DNA of 64,000 bases, taken from a virus (Duplodnaviria; Caudoviricetes). Under the pieces are notes generated by a model. The model did no database searches, had not been told where the DNA came from, and worked only from the letters and a program-made list of their open reading frames with translations. Where the stretch lies: the IMG/VR virus record IMGVR_UViG_3300043567_000723; one strand, 5' to 3'. Positions 54,023 through 62,937 of the stretch are shown piece by piece. The position numbers and the translations under genes are program-made. The first letter of the stretch is position 1. The number at the start of each line of letters is the position of its first letter.

Positions 54023-55048
54023 ATGGCCAATACAGAGAACTTCTTTGAAAACGTTTATGACGTTGTGGCAGCGTACGAAGGCGGCTACGTGGGGGCTTAC
54101 AGCAACCCCGAAGCAGCTGAAGCGCTCCGCGATCAGATTAAAGCCGCCGGTGGTATTCCCGACGGCGCCATGGCATGCTCGACATATAAACTTGAAGAAA
54201 CTGGCAAGGGCAGGTTAAGTTTGCCGTTTCTTGAGATCCTGAAGCTCTACCCGGACGCCCTGCCGGGTGGAGCGCAGGGTCGCGGTGACTGTGTAAGTTG
54301 GTCGACGCGAAACGCCTGTCTCGGCACGATGTGCTGCGAGATTACAAGCGGTGTTCCCGACCCCAACAGCAACCGGCTTGAGGGTGCGCCGGAAGTAAGT
54401 GACACCGCGCGGCTTAACGGCGTGTTAAGCACTGAGGCGTTTTACAATTGGCGCCGACACGGTGGCGACGGCTGGAGCTGCGCTGAAGCCGCGCAAGTAG
54501 CCTTAAACGATTCTGGTCTCTGGCTTCGAAAGAAGTACGACGAGATCGATGTTGACTTTACGCAGTACAGTTCGCGGAACGCCGGTATTTACGGGAGCCG
54601 AACGCCCCCGGAATCATGGCGCGCGATCGGTAAAGATCACCGCGTGCAGACAATCACAGAAGTAGAAGAGTATGAAGCGCTGCGCGATCTTTTAGCCAAC
54701 GGTTACTGTATAAGTAGCTGCGGTAGTGAAGGATTTTCAGATAAACGAGATGAACATGGCGTCAGTCGTCGTCGTGGTAGTTGGGCCCACGCGCTCGCAT
54801 ATCTCGCTGTAGACGACCGGCCTGAAACGATTAAGTTATATGGTGAGCCGCTTGTATTAGTTCAAAACTCGTGGGGCGCGTGGAATGACGGAAGTCGGCG
54901 TATTTTAGGCACTACGATCGATATTCCTGTTGGTGCTTTCTGGGCGCTCTGGTCAGATATTAAAAACCGCTATATGGTAGCTATCTCTGGCGTAAACGGT
55001 TGGCCGCCGAAGAAGCTCAAGAGTTATGGCGCGCTCGGTAACATATAA
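54023..55048 (+). CDS. Papain-like (C1) cysteine protease
   Basis: QGRGDCVSWS (Gln and Cys), SWAHALAYL (His), VQNSWG (Asn). Confidence 0.88.
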   Translation: MANTENFFENVYDVVAAYEGGYVGAYSNPEAAEALRDQIKAAGGIPDGAMACSTYKLEETGKGRLSLPFLEILKLYPDALPGGAQGRGDCVSWSTRNACLGTMCCEITSGVPDPNSNRLEGAPEVSDTARLNGVLSTEAFYNWRRHGGDGWSCAEAAQVALNDSGLWLRKKYDEIDVDFTQYSSRNAGIYGSRTPPESWRAIGKDHRVQTITEVEEYEALRDLLANGYCISSCGSEGFSDKRDEHGVSRRRGSWAHALAYLAVDDRPETIKLYGEPLVLVQNSWGAWNDGSRRILGTTIDIPVGAFWALWSDIKNRYMVAISGVNGWPPKKLKSYGALGNI

Positions 55049-55084
55049 GCGCAACGTGTTGCAATAATCGAAAAAGGACGACAT

Positions 55085-55429
55085 ATGTTTGAATGGCTTG
55101 TTCTCGCAGTTCCGGTGACATATGCCGAACCACCCAAGAAAGACTATATCGGGGTGGTCGCTGCAGAGGCTGCTTATGCTTCTTTGCTTCCTGACGCGGC
55201 GCCTGTAAAGCCACTCGTAGACACAAAAGACTGCAAGCGCTGCAACGGCACAGGTCGGATCCGCACGGGCGACGACATTAACTGGACGGACTGCCCGGAC
55301 TGTGAACCGAAAGACGGCTCTATCAAAGAATCGGGCCCGCTGCCGTCCATGCGTTTACAGGTTAAGCCCCTGCCGCCGGTTAAAACGAGTGATTGCGAAA
55401 CCGGTCGTTGTCCAGCTCCTCGCACGTAA
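55085..55429 (+). CDS. Exported protein with DnaJ-like CxxCxGxG zinc motif
   Basis: CKRCNGTG...CPDC; C-terminal CETGRC. Confidence 0.6.
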   Translation: MFEWLVLAVPVTYAEPPKKDYIGVVAAEAAYASLLPDAAPVKPLVDTKDCKRCNGTGRIRTGDDINWTDCPDCEPKDGSIKESGPLPSMRLQVKPLPPVKTSDCETGRCPAPRT

Positions 55430-55437
55430 GGTGTTGA

Positions 55438-55929
55438 ATGTCTGTGTCTCAGTCGTCTGGCAAATGCTATAGCTACCGCGGTCTCAAATTTTACGCCAAA
55501 AACGGCTTTGTTTGTCTGCATGACGAGCAGACTGGCGAGTTTTATGTTTTAACGCGCCGTGAGTTTCTTCAACGCGCGCAGGCAATTAGCGACGAGGCCA
55601 AGCGGCTGCGCACAATGGCTGCGTCAAATCCAGCTCAGGCCGCGTGGATGTCCGCCGACCGCATGGATTTACAGGTGGCTATTGATAATATGGTCGCCTG
55701 TACCAAGGAAGCCAAAGAGCAGGGCGACCGCAACGATCCCGCTGTAGATGCGTGGTTTACAAGACACCGCCCGGGCAGAAAGAGTAAGATATCGATGGCT
55801 AGCGGAGCTAACTTTAAGACGGCGTTGCCGGGTGTTTTACCGTTGGGTAAAGATACCGGAAAATATGTAACGCCGGACTTTACTGTTGGCGCGCAGCCGA
55901 AAAAACTTATTCTGCCCGGAGAATTTTGA
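55438..55929 (+). CDS. Hypothetical protein
   Basis: 163-aa ORF. Confidence 0.65.
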   Translation: MSVSQSSGKCYSYRGLKFYAKNGFVCLHDEQTGEFYVLTRREFLQRAQAISDEAKRLRTMAASNPAQAAWMSADRMDLQVAIDNMVACTKEAKEQGDRNDPAVDAWFTRHRPGRKSKISMASGANFKTALPGVLPLGKDTGKYVTPDFTVGAQPKKLILPGEF

Positions 55930-55930
55930 C

Positions 55931-56287
55931 ATGGACGTCACGGAAAAAGAAGCTTTTAAGCTCGGTTTTCTGCAGCGCTGCGCCGAAGAAGCGCTTGACG
56001 CTACAGCCCTTGAGCAGCGTGTAAACGCAGCTGACGCATTTGCCAAGTGCGGTTTTGATATGAGTTCGTTGTCCAACGCAGGGAATATGGCTGGCAATAT
56101 TGCCTACGCCCCGCTTCTGCTTGCGACAGCTGGTGGCGGGTTAGCGGGACATCTGGCCGGTAAGTTAACTGAGCCCGATGTAGACGAAGAAGATCTCAAG
56201 GCGCGAGAATTAGCCGCGGCGTACAAGGCGTACGCCGCTAGGGCTAAGACAAACAAAAAGTTACGGTTGTATCGTCCAGAAAGGTAA
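55931..56287 (+). CDS. Small putative internal virion protein
   Basis: EAFKLGFLQRC leader, AKCG site and GGGLAGHLAG helix. Confidence 0.6.
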   Translation: MDVTEKEAFKLGFLQRCAEEALDATALEQRVNAADAFAKCGFDMSSLSNAGNMAGNIAYAPLLLATAGGGLAGHLAGKLTEPDVDEEDLKARELAAAYKAYAARAKTNKKLRLYRPER

Positions 56288-56290
56288 TTT

Positions 56291-56638
56291 GTGAGTTTGC
56301 GCAAATATCACGGAGAAATTGGCGGGCAGCAGCACGCCAACCAGAATTTAAACTGGCCGGGAACTCTGGACGGTTTTCCTGTTATCGGCAACGGAAATCG
56401 GGCCGACCTAAAACAGGACGAACTCGAAAATATTGACCTGCGATACGATTTTAAATCGCACATGTTCGAGTTATGGGATCCGCAGCAAAAGACGGAATTT
56501 GACGACATCAATGATAAAATAGTCAACGGCTGGTATCGGCTGCTGAAACGCAGCGATAACTGGGACGACGAGAAAAAACATTTTCGTATCTGGCTGGAGT
56601 GGGCGCAGGTTTACGGCATGCTTCCGCCAAAGATGTGA
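56291..56638 (+). CDS. Hypothetical protein
   Basis: 115-aa ORF directly following the previous stop. Confidence 0.6.
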   Translation: MSLRKYHGEIGGQQHANQNLNWPGTLDGFPVIGNGNRADLKQDELENIDLRYDFKSHMFELWDPQQKTEFDDINDKIVNGWYRLLKRSDNWDDEKKHFRIWLEWAQVYGMLPPKM

Positions 56639-56650
56639 ACGAGGATATAA

Positions 56651-57532
56651 ATGACCACCAACATTAAAACAGCTGCCAATGGAACACCTGTCTCAGCCCC
56701 TGTTGGACAACCTACGCCCCAAGATTTCCAGCGTTTCTGGGGTGACCGCATTGTGCGTACTGGCGTCGGTGGTCTTGGTCTTGGTGCTGGCGCTGCAAGC
56801 CTTTATTACTTGGCGCGCGGTTTGTCGCAGGCTTTGCGCGACAGGAAGCCCGTAGAAGAAGAAGACGAAAACGTACCGGCTACTGCCGTGGTCGCGGGCA
56901 ACAAAATGGCCGGGCTGTATGACAATATGGCAACGGGCACCGGAAAAATGCTGCCCGACAGCCTCGCTGATTTTTTAAAGCCTTTCACGCCGGCAATTCG
57001 GCCCGGCAAAGACAACACGTTTGATCCGAATGTCATTCGGTCTTCTTTCGGCACAGCAGCCACGCTTGGCGCTGGCGCGCTTGGCACATATGGCGGTTAC
57101 AAGCTCATTAGCGCGCTGCACGGTATGAAAAAGAAACGCGATCGGCAAGCTGAGATCGACGAAGCTGAGCAAGCATATTACGACGCGCTTACTGGCAGCG
57201 GCGGCAATAAGCTGGCCGGCGTTTATGACACAGCGAGCGAGAAAGCTGCTGCAGAAAAAATGGCGAACCCGCTGGAGTTGCTTAGCGGCATGTGGGATAC
57301 GGCAAAACGCGTGCCAGCAGCTGTTGGCGGCGGCTACGTTGCTACTGGTTTGGGTCTCGGCGGCCTTGCCGCGAAACTAATGTATGACCGCGCCCGTGAA
57401 CGCTCTAAGGCCAAAGCAGTCGAAGAGGCTGCACGCTCCAAAGCGCGCATCGCCGGGATTCTGCCGACATACGTTGACCCGGATGAAATTGTCGCCTTAA
57501 AGCAGCGAGCCGAACAAGCGCAGGCAGGGTGA
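56651..57532 (+). CDS. Gly/Ala-rich putative internal virion protein with three internal repeats
   Basis: Repeated unit K(T/M/L)A...G(L/A)G(L/A)G...Y.L...coiled coil; IKTAA, NKMAG, NKLAG and EKMAN sites. Confidence 0.7.
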   Translation: MTTNIKTAANGTPVSAPVGQPTPQDFQRFWGDRIVRTGVGGLGLGAGAASLYYLARGLSQALRDRKPVEEEDENVPATAVVAGNKMAGLYDNMATGTGKMLPDSLADFLKPFTPAIRPGKDNTFDPNVIRSSFGTAATLGAGALGTYGGYKLISALHGMKKKRDRQAEIDEAEQAYYDALTGSGGNKLAGVYDTASEKAAAEKMANPLELLSGMWDTAKRVPAAVGGGYVATGLGLGGLAAKLMYDRARERSKAKAVEEAARSKARIAGILPTYVDPDEIVALKQRAEQAQAG

Positions 57533-57536
57533 TGCT

Positions 57537-60500
57537 ATGCCGACCCCTGAACTGCCCCCGTTAAAGCAACCCGATTTTGCTTCTGCGCCGCCGTTAGCGC
57601 CCGCAGCGCCAGCGCCTCTTCCGCCGCCAGCCATGCGCACGTTTGGCGATATTGGATCGATGCGGCAGAACATATTTGAGCAGGCACGTACGAGCGCGCA
57701 ATCGTTGCGGCCTCTGCAGAACGATCTTTATACGCTGCAGCTGCAAGACGTAGATTATTCCGGCCCAGAAAGTTTCACACGGGCTGATCAGAAGAAAGCT
57801 GTCCTCTCTAGAGGCACGCTTGCTCGCCGATTGCAGGGTACGTGGACGCTCGTTGATAACAAAACCGGCGAGTCGGTTGGGCAGAAGCGCGCTACGATTG
57901 CACACGTGCCGTATCTCACAGACTCTGGCACATTCGTAAACGGCGGCGTTGAATATACGCTAGCGCATCAGATGCGGTTAAAAGCCGGTGTGTTTACGCG
58001 CGAAAAAGACAACGGCGAGATTGAAGCGCATGTGAACACGCTGCCCGGTAAAGGCCGCTCGCATCGTTACTTCCTCGACCCCAAAACCGGCGTATTCAAA
58101 ATCAGCATCGGGCAGGCGCAGATCCCACTCATGCCGATGCTCAAAAGCATGGGCGTCTCTGAGCAAGATATTCGCAAGGCGTGGGGCAACGAGATTACCG
58201 CCGTCAACATGGAAAAAGGCGACGCGGGCACAATGGATAAATTGTATGCCCGCATCGTAAATAAACAGGTGGCGGGAGCTGACGCGCTGGCCAAAGCAAA
58301 GGCTGTGGCTGAAGAGTTTGCCAAGACAGAGTTAGATCCAGAAGTAACTAGACGAACACTCGGCGGCGAGCACAAGAACCTTACGCCTGACACCATTCTG
58401 GCGATTACAAAAAAACTTATCGCCGTCAATCGTCGCGAAGCCGAATCAGACGACCGCGACAACATGGTGTTTCAGTCAGTGGTCGGTCCAGAAGATTTAA
58501 TATCAGAACGGTTTACAAAAGATCGGTCTGCGTTAAATAAATTACTCTGGCGGGCCACAGCGAAGAAGTCTATCGACCACATACCCAGCGGCGTATTCGA
58601 TAAGGCTATTTCAGCTGCGCTAATCGGCTCTGGTCTCGGCTCTAGTCTTGAAGAAATCAACCCGGCCGAGATTTTCGACCACCAGACGCGCGTAACCCGC
58701 ATGGGCGAGGGCGGCATCTCGTCACTAGACGCTGTTCCGGCCGAATCGCGTAGTGTGCAGCCGTCGCATCTCGGGTTCATCGATTATCTGCGGACGCCTG
58801 AGTCCGGAAAAGTCGGCGTTGATATGCGTTTTGCTCGTGGCGCAATGAAGGGCGCTGACGGCAAGGTGTATACGCCGGTTGTAAACATGCAGACCGGCGA
58901 AACAGAATATAAAACACCGCAAGAGCTGTCAGACACACCGCTAGTGTTCCCCGGCGAAGAGAACAACAAGTTGCCGGTTGTCGCTGCGCTCGTCAACGGA
59001 AAGATGAAGTACGTTGACCGAAAAGAAGCGCAATACAGCTTGCCCAACATGGACTCGACGTTCTCCAGCCTTACAAACATGGTACCGATGAAGGCCATGA
59101 TCAAAGGCCAGCGCGTCATCATGGGTTCGCGCATGTTTACTCAAGCTTTGCCGCTTGTAGGAGCGCAAGCGCCGTTAGTGCAGTCGGCCAAGTTTGATGA
59201 CCCCAACATGTCGCACGAAGACGAAATGGGAGAAAAGCTTGGCGCCACCCGGGCAACCACTCGCGCGCAGGTAGTCGATGTAACGGCTGACGGTATTGTG
59301 CTGCGCGACAAAGACGGGAACAAGAAAACAGTCGAGTTGTATAACGAGATGCCGTACAACCGAAAAACGTTCTTGCATCAAACGCCGATGGTAAAACCCG
59401 GCGATGTTGTGCAACCCGGGCAGCTGCTGGCTAAGTCAAACTTCACAGATGATCAGGGTAGCGCGGCACTCGGGCTTAACATGCGTGTAGCTTATGTGCC
59501 GTTCCGCGGTAAAAACTACGAAGACGCCATAGTGATATCAGAATCGGCGGCAAAACGGTTGACGTCTGAGCACATGTATCAGCACGAAGCAGAGTGGGAT
59601 GAAAATACACACGTCGGGAAAAAGGCATTCACAAGTCTGTTTCCGACAGAGTACGACAAGAAAATGCTGGACAATTTTGACGATCAGGGCGCAATTAAAA
59701 AAGGCGCTGTCGTTAATTTTGGCGACCCCCTTGTTCTCGTCGCTAAGAAAAAAGATACGGTGTACGGCAAGGTGCACCGCGGTCGTGCCGGTAGTTTCAC
59801 CAACGACACTGTTACGTGGGACCATCACGCGCCCGGTATTGTAACCGACGTTATGCACACCAAAAAAGGTGTCAGCGTTGTTGTAAAAAATCAGGCGCAG
59901 ATGGACGTTGGCGATAAGCTCACCGGTCGCTTTGGTGATAAGGGCGTCATTGCCGATATCATTCCAGACGACCAGATGCCGCAAGACAAAGAAGGCAATC
60001 CGTACGAAGTGCTTGTCAGTCCGCTGGGTCTTATCAGCCGCGTGAATCCGGCGCAGGTTATAGAAGCAGCACTCGGTAAAGTTGCAGCAAAAACAGGCAA
60101 ACCATTCAAAATCAAAGACTTCGATGACCAGAATGATTTAATTGAATTTGCGCAGAAAGAACTCGACAAGAACGGGCTTTCAGACACAGAAGATTTAACA
60201 GATCCTGAGACTGGCCGAAAAATTCCGGGTGTTTTAACCGGAACGCGTTTCTTCATGAAACTGCACCATACAAGTGAGTCTAAGGCGCAGGGTCGGGCCA
60301 TGGGGGCTTATACCGCCGAAGGCACGCCAGCAAAAGGTGGCAGTGAGGGCGCGAAGCGTGTTGGCATGCTCGACCTCGGTGCTTTGTTATCGCACGGCGC
60401 TGGTAAAGTTATCCGCGACGCCAAAATGGTACGCGGGCAGGCCAATCCAGAATACTGGTCGCAGTTCATGGCTGGCTATACGCCGCCGCTGCCGAAAGTT

Positions 60501-61973
60501 CCGCATGTCTATGAAAAATTTGTTGGGCAGCTGAAAGCGTCTGGCATTAACGTCGTCCGCAGCGGCACGAAAACAAACGTCATGGCGTTGACTGACAAAG
60601 ACGTGGATCAGCTTGCCGGTCCAAGAGAGATTCAAAACTCTGAGACTGTTGACTGGAAAGGCCGGTTGAAACCAATTGCTGGCGGCCTGTTTGACGAGAG
60701 CTTAACAGGTGGTCACGGCGGCAATCGGTGGGGGAAGATAACCCTTCACGAGCCGATGCCGAATCCAGTCATGGAAGATCCGATCCGGCGTGTTCTCGGG
60801 CTAACAGAAAAGAAATTCCGCGGTATCCTCGCCGGCCAAGACAAGATTAACGATCAAACCGGTCCCAAAGCTATTCAGACGGCGCTGGCCAATATTAATC
60901 TGCCGAAAGCGATTGAGCAGGCGCGTGAAGATATCAAATCCGGCCGTAAGACACTGCGCGACGCCGCTGTTCGTAGGCTTGGGTTTTTGAAAAGCGCGGA
61001 GCAGGCCGGTGTGCATCCGAAGGACTGGATGCTGACAAAAGTTCCGGTCCTGCCGCCGCTATTTCGGCCGGTCAGCACCATGGGGCCGAAGAAGTTGCCG
61101 CTCGTTGCCGACGCGAACTACTTGTACAAAGAATTGCTCGACGCCAATGACTCGTTAAAAGAAGCGTCTGGTGCGCTTGCAGAGTACGGCGACGAGCGCC
61201 TTGGTGTATATGACGCCATGAAAGGCGTGACCGGTCTTGGTGAGCCGCAGCAGCCGAAAAACGCTGAACGCAACGTAAAGGGATTTTTACGGCATATTTT
61301 CGGCAACTCGCCCAAGTACGGTACGGTACAGCGCAAGTTACTCAGCTCGACGGTTGATCTTGTCGGCCGCGCTGTTATTACGCCGAACCCAGACCTAGAC
61401 ATGGACGAGGTTGCCCTGCCAGAAGAGAAGGCGTGGGATATCTATAAGCCTTTTGTGGTGCGCGATTTAGTTCGCCGCGGCCTTCCCAGAATGCAGGCAC
61501 TTGATGCCGTAGAGAAAAAAACGAAAGAAGCGGCAGCCGTGCTTGAGCGGCAAATGAGTTCGCGCCCGATTGTTATTAACCGCGCGCCCGTGCTGCATCG
61601 TTACGGCATGATGGCTTTCTACCCGCGGCTGACCAAGAACAAAGTCATGGAAGTCAACCCGGTTATTACCAAGGGTTTCGGCGCTGACTTTGACGGCGAC
61701 GCGATGCAATACCACGTACCCAGCACAGAAGACGCCGCTAAAGAAGCCGTGGACAAAATGCTACCCAGCAAAAATTTATTTGCGGCATCCACGTTTAAAG
61801 CGCACTACGTACCGAACAAAGATTATCAAACTGGTTTGTACGTCGCGTCCAGTAGAATTAATAACAAAGCAAAACCCCGGGTATTCCGAAACAAGCAGGA
61901 CGCTATGCAGGCGTACAGGCGTGGTGAAATAGAGGTAGACACCCCGGTTCATATTGTGGAAGATACTAAGTAA
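57537..61973 (+). CDS. rpoB/rpoC: Phage multisubunit RNA polymerase: beta fused to the N-terminal (catalytic) half of beta-prime
   Basis: Beta motifs TDSGTFVNG, RSVQPSHLG..DYLRTPES, GSRMFTQALPL, GDKLTGRFGDKGV, MKLHH; beta-prime motifs VPVLPPLFRP, NRAPVLHR and catalytic GADFDGD. Confidence 0.95.
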   Translation: MPTPELPPLKQPDFASAPPLAPAAPAPLPPPAMRTFGDIGSMRQNIFEQARTSAQSLRPLQNDLYTLQLQDVDYSGPESFTRADQKKAVLSRGTLARRLQGTWTLVDNKTGESVGQKRATIAHVPYLTDSGTFVNGGVEYTLAHQMRLKAGVFTREKDNGEIEAHVNTLPGKGRSHRYFLDPKTGVFKISIGQAQIPLMPMLKSMGVSEQDIRKAWGNEITAVNMEKGDAGTMDKLYARIVNKQVAGADALAKAKAVAEEFAKTELDPEVTRRTLGGEHKNLTPDTILAITKKLIAVNRREAESDDRDNMVFQSVVGPEDLISERFTKDRSALNKLLWRATAKKSIDHIPSGVFDKAISAALIGSGLGSSLEEINPAEIFDHQTRVTRMGEGGISSLDAVPAESRSVQPSHLGFIDYLRTPESGKVGVDMRFARGAMKGADGKVYTPVVNMQTGETEYKTPQELSDTPLVFPGEENNKLPVVAALVNGKMKYVDRKEAQYSLPNMDSTFSSLTNMVPMKAMIKGQRVIMGSRMFTQALPLVGAQAPLVQSAKFDDPNMSHEDEMGEKLGATRATTRAQVVDVTADGIVLRDKDGNKKTVELYNEMPYNRKTFLHQTPMVKPGDVVQPGQLLAKSNFTDDQGSAALGLNMRVAYVPFRGKNYEDAIVISESAAKRLTSEHMYQHEAEWDENTHVGKKAFTSLFPTEYDKKMLDNFDDQGAIKKGAVVNFGDPLVLVAKKKDTVYGKVHRGRAGSFTNDTVTWDHHAPGIVTDVMHTKKGVSVVVKNQAQMDVGDKLTGRFGDKGVIADIIPDDQMPQDKEGNPYEVLVSPLGLISRVNPAQVIEAALGKVAAKTGKPFKIKDFDDQNDLIEFAQKELDKNGLSDTEDLTDPETGRKIPGVLTGTRFFMKLHHTSESKAQGRAMGAYTAEGTPAKGGSEGAKRVGMLDLGALLSHGAGKVIRDAKMVRGQANPEYWSQFMAGYTPPLPKVPHVYEKFVGQLKASGINVVRSGTKTNVMALTDKDVDQLAGPREIQNSETVDWKGRLKPIAGGLFDESLTGGHGGNRWGKITLHEPMPNPVMEDPIRRVLGLTEKKFRGILAGQDKINDQTGPKAIQTALANINLPKAIEQAREDIKSGRKTLRDAAVRRLGFLKSAEQAGVHPKDWMLTKVPVLPPLFRPVSTMGPKKLPLVADANYLYKELLDANDSLKEASGALAEYGDERLGVYDAMKGVTGLGEPQQPKNAERNVKGFLRHIFGNSPKYGTVQRKLLSSTVDLVGRAVITPNPDLDMDEVALPEEKAWDIYKPFVVRDLVRRGLPRMQALDAVEKKTKEAAAVLERQMSSRPIVINRAPVLHRYGMMAFYPRLTKNKVMEVNPVITKGFGADFDGDAMQYHVPSTEDAAKEAVDKMLPSKNLFAASTFKAHYVPNKDYQTGLYVASSRINNKAKPRVFRNKQDAMQAYRRGEIEVDTPVHIVEDTK

Positions 61974-61996
61974 CTTTAGCTCGACACGGAGGTCGT

Positions 61997-62707
61997 ATGT
62001 TCACTGTTAACCCCGAACTAATCGCGCTGGCAAAGGCGCGATTTGAGAAGTCTGCGCTCGTGCCCGGTGCCGCCGTTGATCCGGCTGCGGCTGGGGCTGC
62101 ACCGCCAGTAGACCCTGCGACCATGGGAGCAGTGCCGCCGGTTGACCCCGCGATGGCCGGCGCCGCGCCCCCGATGGATCCCGCGGCAATGGGTATGCCT
62201 GCTGCGCCTGCGCCCATGCCTGCTGCTCCGGCGGCGCCGGGTGCGGCCCCCGCATCTGGAATGCAGCAAAAGTTAAAACCAGAACAAATGATGCAGATGC
62301 TCGATTACCGGCTTTACAACATGCAGCAGCAGCTTACCGCGATTATGAACGCGATGGGCGTGCAAGTTCCGCCGGAATCGCTCGTCCTGCCGCCGGGTAC
62401 TACTGGCGCCCCGCCCGCTGAAACAGCGCTGCCGGGTGGATCGATGGCTCCTCCGCCGCCGGATCAAAGCGCGCAGGGTGGCATGCAGCCGCCCGGTGGC
62501 CCGCTTCCGCCGGGTGGTCCGCTCCCGCCGAACGCCGCACCGCAAGATCCGACAGCGAAGGTTGCTTGGTGGAACGTAGAAGCGGAAAAGCCGGCGTCGT
62601 ACATCGGCTATCCTGTGCCGCAAAACCCGAATCAACCAACTGACGTGCAGATTAAAGCAAATGCCATATCCGCCATGATTCGGAGTCTTGCGGGCAATGC
62701 TGGTTAA
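61997..62707 (+). CDS. Pro/Ala/Met-rich low-complexity protein between the RNAP genes
   Basis: GGAGG RBS; FEKSAL and TAKVAW motifs; PxxPAAMG repeats. Confidence 0.7.
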   Translation: MFTVNPELIALAKARFEKSALVPGAAVDPAAAGAAPPVDPATMGAVPPVDPAMAGAAPPMDPAAMGMPAAPAPMPAAPAAPGAAPASGMQQKLKPEQMMQMLDYRLYNMQQQLTAIMNAMGVQVPPESLVLPPGTTGAPPAETALPGGSMAPPPPDQSAQGGMQPPGGPLPPGGPLPPNAAPQDPTAKVAWWNVEAEKPASYIGYPVPQNPNQPTDVQIKANAISAMIRSLAGNAG

Positions 62708-62936
62708 AACGCAGCACCACTTACAGCCAACCGAGCAAAAGGCGCACAGCATCGTCGTGGAAGACGACGTTGGTAATCCGATCTTCGTCGCCATTCAAGT
62801 CGACGAAGCCATCATTTACTCAACGCCCGGCGAAAAAGACTTCCACTCAATGCTGCGCGCTCTGGGTATTGAAAAAACGGTGGTTGTAGCCGACTTTAAA
62901 CCTAAGCCGCTGCAGAATATTGTGCGGCCGATGTAA
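62697..62936 (+). CDS. Small hypothetical protein between the RNAP genes
   Basis: Overlaps the previous stop; ends 1 nt before the next ATG. Confidence 0.65.
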   Translation: MLVKTQHHLQPTEQKAHSIVVEDDVGNPIFVAIQVDEAIIYSTPGEKDFHSMLRALGIEKTVVVADFKPKPLQNIVRPM

Positions 62937-62937
62937 C

